The translations under genes were made by a program, and so were the position numbers. Shown piece by piece: positions 34,871-44,206 of a stretch of DNA of 64,000 nucleotides (positions are counted from its first letter, which is position 1; every line of letters begins with the position of its first letter). This stretch comes from Nitrospirota bacterium (lineage in GTDB: Bacteria > Nitrospirota > UBA9217): assembly GCA_963749655.1 (NCBI GenBank), contig CAVVOB010000019.1:32001-96000 (forward strand), written 5' to 3'. The notes beneath the pieces were generated by a model. The model made no database searches. It was not told where the DNA came from and saw only the letters and a program-made list of their open reading frames with translations.

Positions 34871-34963
34871 ACCGCAAGGGCGCAAAGAGCGCGAGGAAAT
34901 CTTGAAGCCGGATCGCAGGACATCGTAGTACGCTTCCCTTCGCGCTCCTCGCGTTTTCGCGGT
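34871..34963. repeat. hairpin built of 9-bp periodic units (ccgcaagggcgcaaagagcgcg / cgcgctcctcgcgttttcgcgg)
   Basis: Imperfect inverted arms 34871-34896 and 34938-34963; same family at 59239-59327. Confidence 0.7.
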
Positions 34964-35011
34964 TCAAAGCTTCGGCTTGTTTCTTTGGTCTGAGGAGAAG
35001 CCTCGTTACCC

Positions 35012-35614
35012 ATGAACTCCGTACTGCAGATACTTTCCATCGCTGCATCCTATCTTCTGGGTGCCATACCCTTTGGCCTCGTCTTCACCCGCCTGTTCGC
35101 GGGCATCGATGTCCGGACCATCGGCAGCGGAAACATCGGAGCAACGAACGTCCTGAGGGCAGGGGGCAAGAAGGCGGCGATCCTGACCCTCCTGGCCGAC
35201 GCTTTAAAGGGCTGTCTTCCGGTCCTGGTCGTCCAGGCCCTCTTTCACAACGATCTGACTGCCGCACTTGCCGGAGTCGCTGCCGTGCTGGGGCACAATT
35301 TCCCCGTCTACCTGAAGTTCAAGGGAGGGAAGGGGGTGGCCACCAGCTTCGGCGTGGTGCTTGCCGCGGCCCCCTGGACAGGGCTTGCCTGTCTGCTCAT
35401 ATGGCTGCTTTCAGCTGCGATCTGGCGGTACTCATCACTCGCAGGGCTTGTTGCCTTTGCCTGTTATCCTCTCATAACCTTCACCGTTTCCCCGCCCCGG
35501 TCCCAGGCCTCCGGGGCGCTGTCCCTGTTCATCTTCGCCATGATCTATGTCCGCCATCGGGTGAATATCAAACGCCTCATCCAGGGCACGGAGCCGAAGA
35601 TCGGGCAGAAATAA
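35012..35614 (+). CDS. plsY: glycerol-3-phosphate acyltransferase PlsY
   Basis: YLLGAIPFG, GSGNIGATNVLR, GHNFPV, FKGGKGVAT, HRVNIKRL. Confidence 0.96.
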   Translation: MNSVLQILSIAASYLLGAIPFGLVFTRLFAGIDVRTIGSGNIGATNVLRAGGKKAAILTLLADALKGCLPVLVVQALFHNDLTAALAGVAAVLGHNFPVYLKFKGGKGVATSFGVVLAAAPWTGLACLLIWLLSAAIWRYSSLAGLVAFACYPLITFTVSPPRSQASGALSLFIFAMIYVRHRVNIKRLIQGTEPKIGQK

Positions 35615-35712
35615 GGTCGCAGGCCGGTTCTTTGACCAGGACTTTCTCCCCTCCCTTGAAATGAAGGGAGGAGAACCCGCAAACTGCGGAGAATCGTAAG
35701 GTAAAGAAACCC

Positions 35713-36996
35713 ATGTTCGGCTTATCCAGAAAAAACAGCAAGCACAAGAAAGCCGTCGTCATCGGAATCGACGGCGTTCCCTGCTCCCTGCTGGAGGAAT
35801 ACCGGAAGCGGGGCATCATGCCCGAACTCGCCCGGCTCTGCGAAGAGGGGCAATTGATGCCCATGAAGTCCTCCCTCCCGGAAATATCATCAGTTGCCTG
35901 GACGGGCTTCATGACGGGCGTGAACCCCGGACGCCATGGGATCTTCGGCTTCATGGAGATAAACCACGCAACCTACGACTATACGTTCCCGAACTTTTCC
36001 TCCCTGAAGGAGCGGCCTTTCTGGGAGCGGGAAAACATCCGCACCGTGGCGTTCAACATTCCCCAGACCTACCCGGCGGCGCCGATGAACGGCGCCATGG
36101 TGAGCGGCTTTGTGGCCCTCGACCTCAAAAAAGCGACCTATCCCGAAAAGGTGTACCAGTATCTTTCGAGCATCAACTATTCGATCGACGTCAATTCAAA
36201 GCTCGCCGCGGAAAATCCCGAGGCTTTTTTCGGAGACCTTTTCGCGACCTTCGAAAAGCGGAAGCAGGCGATCGAGCACCTATACAGCAGCGAGGACTGG
36301 CAGCTCTTCATCGGGACCGTGACGGAGACGGACCGCCTGCATCACTTCTTTTTCGATTCAGCACGCGAGGGGCGCTATTATCCCGTATTCGAGAAGTTCT
36401 ACCGAAGCCTTGACCAGTTCATCGGGACCATGGCGAAAAAGGCGCGAAACGACGGCGCCCTGTTTCTCACGTGCTCCGACCACGGCTTTACCCCCATTAA
36501 AAGCGAAGTCTATGTGAATTCCTGGCTCAAGGAACAGGGCTATCTGAAGATCGACGGCAGCGGGGGACTGAAGGGAATAACACCGGACAGCAGGGTGTTC
36601 TGTCTCGATCCGTCGCGACTTTACCTTCACCGCGAAAAGAAATACGCCAGAGGAGGGGTCAGGGCGGAGGATTCCGAGGCCATTTTACGCGAAGTGCTGG
36701 AAAAGCTTGCCGCCCTTACGTTCGAGGGCGTCCCCGTGATCAAGCGCGTTTATCGCAATGACGAGATCTTTCAGGGCCCACTTGCCGGCAACGGTCCTGA
36801 CCTCTATGTCCTGCCGAATCATGGGTTTGATCTCAAGGGCACGCTCGCCAAAGACCGCACCTTCGGGACAACCCATTTCAGGGGCATGCATACCTATAAC
36901 GACGCCCATTTGTTCGTCATCGGCGCGTCAGTGAATAATAAGGATGTCCATATCGAGGACATTCCCGGCATCATTCTCGGCGCCGTCGAGCGATAA
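35713..36996 (+). CDS. alkaline phosphatase superfamily protein (nucleotide pyrophosphatase/phosphodiesterase-like)
   Basis: VIGIDG, AWTGFMTGVNPGRHGIFGF, DRLHH, SDHGF, GMH. Confidence 0.88.
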   Translation: MFGLSRKNSKHKKAVVIGIDGVPCSLLEEYRKRGIMPELARLCEEGQLMPMKSSLPEISSVAWTGFMTGVNPGRHGIFGFMEINHATYDYTFPNFSSLKERPFWERENIRTVAFNIPQTYPAAPMNGAMVSGFVALDLKKATYPEKVYQYLSSINYSIDVNSKLAAENPEAFFGDLFATFEKRKQAIEHLYSSEDWQLFIGTVTETDRLHHFFFDSAREGRYYPVFEKFYRSLDQFIGTMAKKARNDGALFLTCSDHGFTPIKSEVYVNSWLKEQGYLKIDGSGGLKGITPDSRVFCLDPSRLYLHREKKYARGGVRAEDSEAILREVLEKLAALTFEGVPVIKRVYRNDEIFQGPLAGNGPDLYVLPNHGFDLKGTLAKDRTFGTTHFRGMHTYNDAHLFVIGASVNNKDVHIEDIPGIILGAVER

Positions 36997-37033
36997 AAAC
37001 GGATTGCCGCACAAGGCTTACGAGGCTTTCATC

Positions 37034-37907
37034 TTGAACCGGACGAACTTAAAGCGATACATCAGCCGCCTTTTCATTCTTAGCGCACTTGTTATCCTTG
37101 TGCCTCACGGGGCCTCGGCCGAGGACCTTGCGCTTATCAACCGGCCGGTGAATATCTCCGGTTTCACCGGATTGTTGTATACCACAGCCCCGTACACGCT
37201 GAGTTCCGGCACGGTTGAGATCGGCGCTTCCGTAGTGTCAGAGAACAGCACGGTGCCTGATTTTACGATCACCGAATATCCCATGAGCATATCAGTCGGA
37301 ATGCCGCATAACACGGAGCTGGTCATCCGGGATTCCTACTATGAGATAAAGGAAGGCCCCACCGGCACGGCGGTGACCGAACGGGATCCCGGCGACCTTT
37401 CCGTATCAGTGAAATGGAACTTCCTGCCGCCGTCGGAAACGTCCATTCGACCGGCACTCGCCGTGTTTGCGGGAGGATTATTCTCAACAGACAGCCGGCT
37501 CGATAAAAAAGTGAACTCCGTACGCCACTGGGGCGCATTCCTCGGCTTTGTCAGCAGGCACCGAGATAAGCTGGCGGGATCATGTACTCGGAATTTACGC
37601 TGATGCACAGGTGGTGGGACATGATCCCACGGTAGAGAAAAATCGTAACATTTATGAGATCTACAACGCAGGCTTTCTCTATCCCGTGAGCAAACATCAG
37701 AACCTGCAGATGTTCCTGGAATACAATATTGTGACCGGACGGGAGCTTATAACACTCGACGGCGGCGATTATACCGCCTTTACCTACGGAATCCGGCTGG
37801 TCAGCGAACGGTTTAATTTGACGATCGGCTCGCAATTCCTGAAAAAAAGCCAGCTTGGATATGACAACTCAGGAAGAGTGATCGGGTTGCTGAGCATGAA
37901 GTTTTAG
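37034..37907 (+). CDS. putative outer-membrane beta-barrel protein (frameshift near 37550)
   Basis: Signal peptide, GFTGLL..APYTL motif, alternating beta pattern, C-terminal Phe; two overlapping ORFs. Confidence 0.65.
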
Positions 37908-37960
37908 CTATAAAACAACGACTTAACCGATTAAAATCAACATATACTTGAATTCAGATA

Positions 37961-37988
37961 ATGTCTGATAATGTATATTATGTCAAAT
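37961..37988 (+). other. dif: dif site (XerC/XerD chromosome dimer resolution site)
   Basis: ATGTCTGATAA-TGTATA-TTATGTCAAAT vs E. coli GGTGCGCATAA-TGTATA-TTATGTTAAAT: identical spacer, XerD arm 10/11; intergenic and AT-rich. Confidence 0.9.
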
Positions 37989-38329
37989 CGTACATAAAAC
38001 GCCTAAACTCCTGCTTTCAATTCCTCCTTAATACCGAAATACACCGATATACCCTGAATATACCCTGCTCCGGGTATTGAATTCCTAATCGATTAACTCT
38101 ATCATCTGCGTGAGGTGAAATAATGAATGTTGCAGGATGGGGTTCGCTCGCGCTGGGAATTGTTAATACTTATCTGATCCGTATGATCGTCCGCTTCCGC
38201 AGCTTTGGCTTGAATCTAAAAAAGCTGAGTTCAATTTGGGCAATGCCGGTGCCAGCCTGGAAAATACCCGAAGAGGAACAGCCGTTATCCGAATAACGCG
38301 CAAAACGCCAGCGGTTCCGACGCCTTCAA

Positions 38330-38454
38330 CTAATGCAAACGAAGTAACCATTGGTACATCCGGAAAAGTCCCCCCTCGCCCAACCCTCTCCCCTCTGGGG
38401 AGAGGACAAAGGTGAGGGGCAAAGCAGTAACGAATTTAAATGCGTTTGTATTAG
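38330..38454. repeat. small MITE-like element with internal CCCTCTCCC/GGGAGAGG palindrome
   Basis: Ends ctaatgcaaacg / cgtttgtattag (11/12 inverted); core cccctcgcccaaccctctcccctctggggagaggacaaaggtgagggg. Confidence 0.6.
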
Positions 38455-39167
38455 ATAATCCCCCCAGACTTTCAATTATCAAACATTCTCCAGACGAGGT
38501 CCAGATGCACAGTGCGATCTCGTCCTCACTGACGACCTGTTCTTGTACTGAATATCCTGCTTGAGATGGGCCACACTTTGCAGGCAAAAAATTCACCACG
38601 CCCGGGCATTGAGCGTTGACCAGGCTGACATCGATCATCGGCGCCGAGAATTTGAAAAGCAATCCTCGGAAGTCTACCGACGATTTCTCGATGTCCTGGA
38701 CAACGGATGTAATGAAGGCCGCAAAGCGGCAATGCTTCAGATCCGCGCCGACCTCGGTCTATCTGCCGCAGACGCCAGGATTTACGTTACTCGAGGGCGA
38801 AGGATCGAAAAGGAAAAAAAGAAAGTCAAAGACCCCGCGAAAACTTTTCCGTTACAGCAGCAAAATCAAAAGTCGAGCCTTCGTGTAAAAAACTCAGGCA
38901 CGCCTTTTGATGTATTTGCTGACGGCTGTAACGGAAAAGCCTTGGTGAATTTTCTTGGGAAATCTGCCTTTTCGCCCTTCCCTCTTGACGAGTGAAGGGA
39001 AGGTCGAAAAATTTCTACAATCTATAAACGGATATTTCCCTGCCGTTAAAAGTAAAAAAATCTGCCTCTTGAGCCTTACCCTTTATCCCTCATTCGGAAA
39101 TTCGTTAAGGTATTGATAATATCTCCCAAATGTGATTAAATAAGCAGGTTATTACGCGGAGATATTT

Positions 39168-40283
39168 ATGCCTTATTCAGATGAGACAATAAACACTGAA
39201 TCAAACAACAACCTAGAAGAACCATCTAGCATTTCAAAAGAAGAAAAAATTTTTCGTGAAAGAAAGAAGGTTCTTTCAAATCTGTCAGCTTGTCGTCTCG
39301 GTGACTTACAATCTAAGGTTGCCTGGATACTTAACAACCATCCTGAGACCAGAAATTCAGATATAAAGCTTCAGATTAAATATTGGGAATACTTTGAGGA
39401 CAAGTATGATCCATCACGATTAAAACCAGAAGATTTACTCCAACTTTCTAGATTAACCTCAATATCTCGGGCAAGAGCAAAAATTCAAAATGAATATAAT
39501 CTTTTTCTCGCATCAGATGAAGTACGAAAAAGGCGAGGCACTCTAGCTGAAGAAGAACGCCTAAAGTCGGTTGAAAGTGCAAGCTTCACTCAAACGTTTT
39601 CTATATTTGCAGATGAAAGTGGAAAAAATTCTGAAAATCTGTTAGTAGGCAGTCTCTGGCTCGCAGATGGTAGCGATTCCTGGAAACTGGTTCAGTATAT
39701 TTTAGAATGGAAACGAACAAATAATATCAATGAAGAAATTCACTTCACCAAAATCAATGAAGGCAAATTAAACAAGTATAAAGAATTGGTCAATATTGTT
39801 TTAACCAACTTCCCGACACTTAGTTTTAAAGCAGTCAGCGTTAAGTCTGCAGGCATTGCCGATAAACAAGCTGCCTTTTCAAAACTTTTTTATCATTTGA
39901 TTATCAAAGGAATCGAGCATGAAAACAGTTCCAATCGTGCACCACTACCCCGTGGCTTGTCTTTCTTTAAAGATGCAGAAGAAGAAGGGTACGATCAATT
40001 ACTAATAGCTGAAGTAACAAATCAACTGAAACAAGCAGCAAAAACTATATTCGCAAATAAACTCCATATAGATACACTGGAAGCTGTTGATTCAAAAGCC
40101 TCTCTTATACTTCAGATAGCTGATCTGTTTGTCAGCAGTATTAGCAGATCAATTAACCATAATGGTGATGGCAATCATCCAAAAGATAAATTTACCCAAT
40201 ATTTTTTAAACTCTGTCGGAATTGAAAAAACATTGCCCGATGAATATCAACAGGATGATATGGCTATTCATATGAAACTATAA
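39168..40283 (+). CDS. DUF3800-like (RNase H-fold) protein with additional N-terminal helical domain
   Basis: IFADESG near residue 148, FFKD, VDSK..LILQIADLF near the C-terminus; very AT-rich codons; ORF intact. Confidence 0.8.
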   Translation: MPYSDETINTESNNNLEEPSSISKEEKIFRERKKVLSNLSACRLGDLQSKVAWILNNHPETRNSDIKLQIKYWEYFEDKYDPSRLKPEDLLQLSRLTSISRARAKIQNEYNLFLASDEVRKRRGTLAEEERLKSVESASFTQTFSIFADESGKNSENLLVGSLWLADGSDSWKLVQYILEWKRTNNINEEIHFTKINEGKLNKYKELVNIVLTNFPTLSFKAVSVKSAGIADKQAAFSKLFYHLIIKGIEHENSSNRAPLPRGLSFFKDAEEEGYDQLLIAEVTNQLKQAAKTIFANKLHIDTLEAVDSKASLILQIADLFVSSISRSINHNGDGNHPKDKFTQYFLNSVGIEKTLPDEYQQDDMAIHMKL

Positions 40284-40388
40284 ACATAACGGTTGGTCCC
40301 CTTTTTAAGAGTCCCGATGCAAACGACCTATGACATATCTGCATTGACTGAAAAAAACATAAAACACATTGCTTAATTCGGATATTCT

Positions 40389-41729
40389 ATGAGTACAACC
40401 AAAAAAGGAAACAAACTAGAATCAGAGATCCTCCGTTTTTTTCAAGAAGAAATAGCCAACAATCGACTTTATATTCGTAAAGACTGCTCAAGATTATACG
40501 CTAAAAAAGGGTATTACTCGAAAGATCGAGGTAAAGATATCATTTTCGATATCGCCATCGAAGTTTTCCTACCCGGTCAGAATCAATATTCTCATCTAAT
40601 ACTTATAGAATGTAAAAACTACAATCATGCCGTCCCGGTGGATGATATTGAAGAGTTTTTTCAAAAAACGCAGCAAATATCTGGTGGCAATATTAAGGGA
40701 ATAATTGTTTCATCAGGTTCTTTTCAAGAGGGCGCAGTCACTTTTTCAAAATCCAAAGGATTAGGATTGCTCCGATATTTTAGCCGATCGAAACTTGCCT
40801 GGGAACTCTATCGTTCCCCCTCGACCCTAGCTTCATCTCGTTTTGCATCGAGCTATACTGCACGGGAAGGCCTAACGACCTCTTCCTTTACCAGCGATTA
40901 CTTTGACTGTTACTGCTACGTGAATGACAACTATACAAACTCATTCAATCAGTTTTTCTCCGAACTTTTCAAATACAATCTTCCTGAGTCATTGTCTGGT
41001 CAATTATCGACGATCGAAAATAAAATTAGCCGCAACCCGAGAAGCATTCCTCGGAAAAGAAACCGTGAGATTGAATTACTATGTGATGAAATCCTTCAAA
41101 AAGTCAATTATAGAGGGGGACCTGTGCCTCTCGATAAGATATGTGCAATGCTCAAAAAAAGCAACGGCCTTCAGGTTGTTCATAAAAAAGAAAAAAGCTT
41201 TAAATTAGGAAAAGATGTATTAGGTAAAATATCGTTTGATCCTTTTCAGATAACCATTTTTAAAGATGAAAAAGGAAATAAAGCCCGAGACAAATACACA
41301 CTTGCTCACGAACTTGGACATCACTTCCTTGGTCATTCAAAATATATACGTCGCGAATTGCTTCGGGAAAACAATATCGATATGGAAAAATTGCAGGAAT
41401 TGCGGCAAATTGGGATCCACGATATCATTAGTATGGAATGGCAAGCTAATTTCTTTGCTTCATGTTTGCTCTTACCCGTTCGCACATTCATCTCAGATTT
41501 GATGATATTGGCTTATAACGAAGATTTAAGGAACAGGGGCTTTGGTCTTATATTTCTCGACCATCAGAATTGTAACAGAGCTCAGTTTTACAGAATCACA
41601 GATGAACTTAAAATAAAATATGAAGTTTCCCGGCGTGTAATTGAAATACGGTTAAAAAAGCTCGGATTGTTACGGGAATCGACCCAGTATTCTCCGAAAA
41701 CTCAATTCTCGAATTTCACCATTCGCTAA
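40389..41729 (+). CDS. Mrr-like PD-(D/E)xK nuclease fused to ImmA/IrrE-family zinc metallopeptidase
   Basis: N-term KGNKLE...FDI...LIECKNY...VDDIEEF...GIIVSSGSFQ; C-term KYTLAHELGHH, EWQANFFASCLLLP, YEVSRRVIEIRL. Confidence 0.85.
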   Translation: MSTTKKGNKLESEILRFFQEEIANNRLYIRKDCSRLYAKKGYYSKDRGKDIIFDIAIEVFLPGQNQYSHLILIECKNYNHAVPVDDIEEFFQKTQQISGGNIKGIIVSSGSFQEGAVTFSKSKGLGLLRYFSRSKLAWELYRSPSTLASSRFASSYTAREGLTTSSFTSDYFDCYCYVNDNYTNSFNQFFSELFKYNLPESLSGQLSTIENKISRNPRSIPRKRNREIELLCDEILQKVNYRGGPVPLDKICAMLKKSNGLQVVHKKEKSFKLGKDVLGKISFDPFQITIFKDEKGNKARDKYTLAHELGHHFLGHSKYIRRELLRENNIDMEKLQELRQIGIHDIISMEWQANFFASCLLLPVRTFISDLMILAYNEDLRNRGFGLIFLDHQNCNRAQFYRITDELKIKYEVSRRVIEIRLKKLGLLRESTQYSPKTQFSNFTIR

Positions 41730-41799
41730 ATAGCTGGTGGAGGTTTAAAATGTGCTTAAATGAGCGGGTCACTAAACGACTAAGAACAGGAATGATCCA

Positions 41800-43281
41800 G
41801 TGAAAAACATCATATTCATCATAGCCAAAATCATATCCATAATGGCCCTCGTCATCGTCGCTCTCTGGTGTGCGGTACCCTTTGCGCTCTACTTTACCGA
41901 CATGCGGGCATCACGCTACCTGCCTGCTTTCATCGCGCTCTTAACGCTGCTCCTGGCGATTCCCGCCTTCGTGCAATACACCAGGCAAAGAAAGCTCGAA
42001 GCTCTCCTTACGTGCTATGCCTGGCTTTGTGCGAGCGCAATTCTTTCAAGCGCCTCCTGGGCCGGCATTGGAGTGATGGAACTGAGCTATCCCATATCAG
42101 TAGCTCTCTTCGGCACCATATTCATATTGATCGCCGCTGTCCTGCTTGTTCTCTATACCCGGAACGTTCTCTTCTCCTTTGCCGCAGCCCCTCCTTCCAA
42201 CCCTCTGCCGAAATTACGGGCGATTTTAACCACTCCCATAAAGCCCTTATATTTCCTTTCCGCTCTTCTGGCAATTCTCATAGTGCTTTACATAAAAGCT
42301 GACATTAAATATGTGCCCCAGCTTGTTTTAAGGCAGCCGCAGGCGCAGAACACTCCTGCCCCGCCTGTTGTCCTGACGGCCGTATCGCAAATGACAGCTG
42401 CCCTGCCGAATAGCAATGAAGTCCGGGCAAGGGAGAATCTTCCGAGCCGGGCTGAAATTTTAAATAAGATCGAATCAATTCAGATCGAAAAGGCCAAGTT
42501 AATAAGTATTTTTAAAAATACCAGGAGCCCGGAAGCAGATTCTGCTTTACGTGCATTTATTGCTTTTCATTCTCAGATAGTAGGAGATCTGCAGGCGGAC
42601 TTTTCAAATCACCAGGAATACCAGACCGTATTAAACGAGACCGGCGGATTGAGCTCCGATCTTCCGGACGAGCTTCAGGGTCAATATGCCGATGCCTTGC
42701 AGCTGCTGCAAAAGTATAAAGACTGCGGAATAGGTTTCACAGGACTTTCGGAAGGCATGGGCTGGGCGTTGGAGCAAGACCCTGACTATATCATTCGCAC
42801 GGCGCGAGAGTTCAAGAGCGATTACGGCGAATTTGTCGTCTTTTATTATAACGAAAACAGGGAGAGTCTCGGAATGGATGCGAATTTGAATCTGACCTGG
42901 GACGATCTCCGAAAGAAGATCATTCGGTTTGAAACTTTTGCAAAGCAGCATAAACAGCTGTCGGAAGTAGAATCGCACATAAAACCCATGACTCGAACCA
43001 TGCTCTCTTTTTATATCGAGGGCATGGACAACACGCCTGCTTATGACGCATGGAAGAGCGGAACAGGAAAGATCGACGAGGAACTAAAGGCGAGCTATCT
43101 CACGTTCGTGAATGAAAACAGAAATTCCGATTATTACAGCCTCATTCAAGGTATCGTTAATAATTTAAGAAAGCATGATTTCAAACTAAGCAGCGACCTC
43201 GTTTCATTCGTCCGCAGCCAAAACATAGACGTGTTTCACTGGTCTTCTGTGCAGGAATACCTGAAAAAGACTTCATCTTAA
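41800..43281 (+). CDS. membrane protein with about 5 TM segments and a large soluble C-terminal domain
   Basis: Hydrophobic N-terminal 170 aa, Pro/Gln linker, helical domain with LTWDDLRKKIIRFE and GMDNTPAYD. Confidence 0.75.
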   Translation: MKNIIFIIAKIISIMALVIVALWCAVPFALYFTDMRASRYLPAFIALLTLLLAIPAFVQYTRQRKLEALLTCYAWLCASAILSSASWAGIGVMELSYPISVALFGTIFILIAAVLLVLYTRNVLFSFAAAPPSNPLPKLRAILTTPIKPLYFLSALLAILIVLYIKADIKYVPQLVLRQPQAQNTPAPPVVLTAVSQMTAALPNSNEVRARENLPSRAEILNKIESIQIEKAKLISIFKNTRSPEADSALRAFIAFHSQIVGDLQADFSNHQEYQTVLNETGGLSSDLPDELQGQYADALQLLQKYKDCGIGFTGLSEGMGWALEQDPDYIIRTAREFKSDYGEFVVFYYNENRESLGMDANLNLTWDDLRKKIIRFETFAKQHKQLSEVESHIKPMTRTMLSFYIEGMDNTPAYDAWKSGTGKIDEELKASYLTFVNENRNSDYYSLIQGIVNNLRKHDFKLSSDLVSFVRSQNIDVFHWSSVQEYLKKTSS

Positions 43282-43296
43282 GCGCAACAAAAAATA

Positions 43297-44125
43297 TCAC
43301 GCTGTTTTGATCACTCCATTCCGGCAAACCTTTTCCCTGTTCTCGATCCTTCGTTTCATGATTAATTTATCGTTGTCATAACGCGCGTCCGACAAATTCC
43401 AGATTCTCTGGTGCCAGACATGAAAAACGACCGCCAGTCCTCTGACGGATTTTACCTTTTTCCCCTGGTTCAGGACCCGTATCCCGAGATCATTGTCCTC
43501 GACCGCATACTGGAAATCCTCATCATAGCCGTTGACCTCCATGAACAGGGATTTATACAGGCTGCAATTGCACCCCCAAATGCCGTCGTCGGTAATCCTG
43601 TCGCGGTGAAAAAGTTTCCGCAACAAGGAATTGGTAATGATTATCCCCTCCTCGATTTTTCTTGAGCGGTGACGAATTGAATCTACGATCAACGCCGGGG
43701 TCAGGGACGCGGTAACTTTTTGTTTGCTCAGAAGCTGCTCGGAAAATTCTTTTCCCAGGTCCACGCGTTTTCCTCCCAGGATCGCCGCGGGATCGCTCTG
43801 GTTGACATGGTAGCGGACAAAATGTTTATGCGCCAGACAGTCCTGATCGGTAAAAATGAGGTACTCCCCTGAACATTCCCGTACCGCCTTGTTCAAGATG
43901 GCTCGATCGCCGGTACCCGATGTCTTCGTGCCACACATGTCTGATGGGTAACTGCTTCTTATATTGTTCCTGCATCTCCTGCACCAGCTTCCGCGTTTCT
44001 TCCTTGCTGCCGTCGTCGGCAATGACGACTTCCGAGGGAAGCACGCTTTGCGCTGCAAGACTCATCATGGCCAGTCTTAAATAGTCCGGTTTGTTGTATG
44101 TAGTAATGATGACCGAGGTTTTCAT
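43297..44125 (-). CDS. glycosyltransferase family 2 (frameshift near 43910)
   Basis: SVIITTYN, IADDGS, YLIFTDQD, WGCN, NGYDEDF, EDNDLGIR. Confidence 0.9.
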
Positions 44126-44206
44126 GGCAGAGGAATAAGTTCCTTTCTTTTCTTTATCATGATAATTTATTATGAGTGAATTCCGGGTGGAGCAACAAGG
44201 GACGCA

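Noticed and set aside
40276-40310. Second dif-like or attC-like site after the DUF3800 gene (taaacataacggtt)
   Set aside because: Only a partial XerD-like half with no XerC arm at 6-bp spacing, and no attC inverted-repeat structure; the island's integration mechanism remains unknown
44152-44182. Possible dif-like right boundary (gataatttattatgag)
   Set aside because: Arm spacing does not fit the 11-6-11 architecture; likely an AT-rich promoter region
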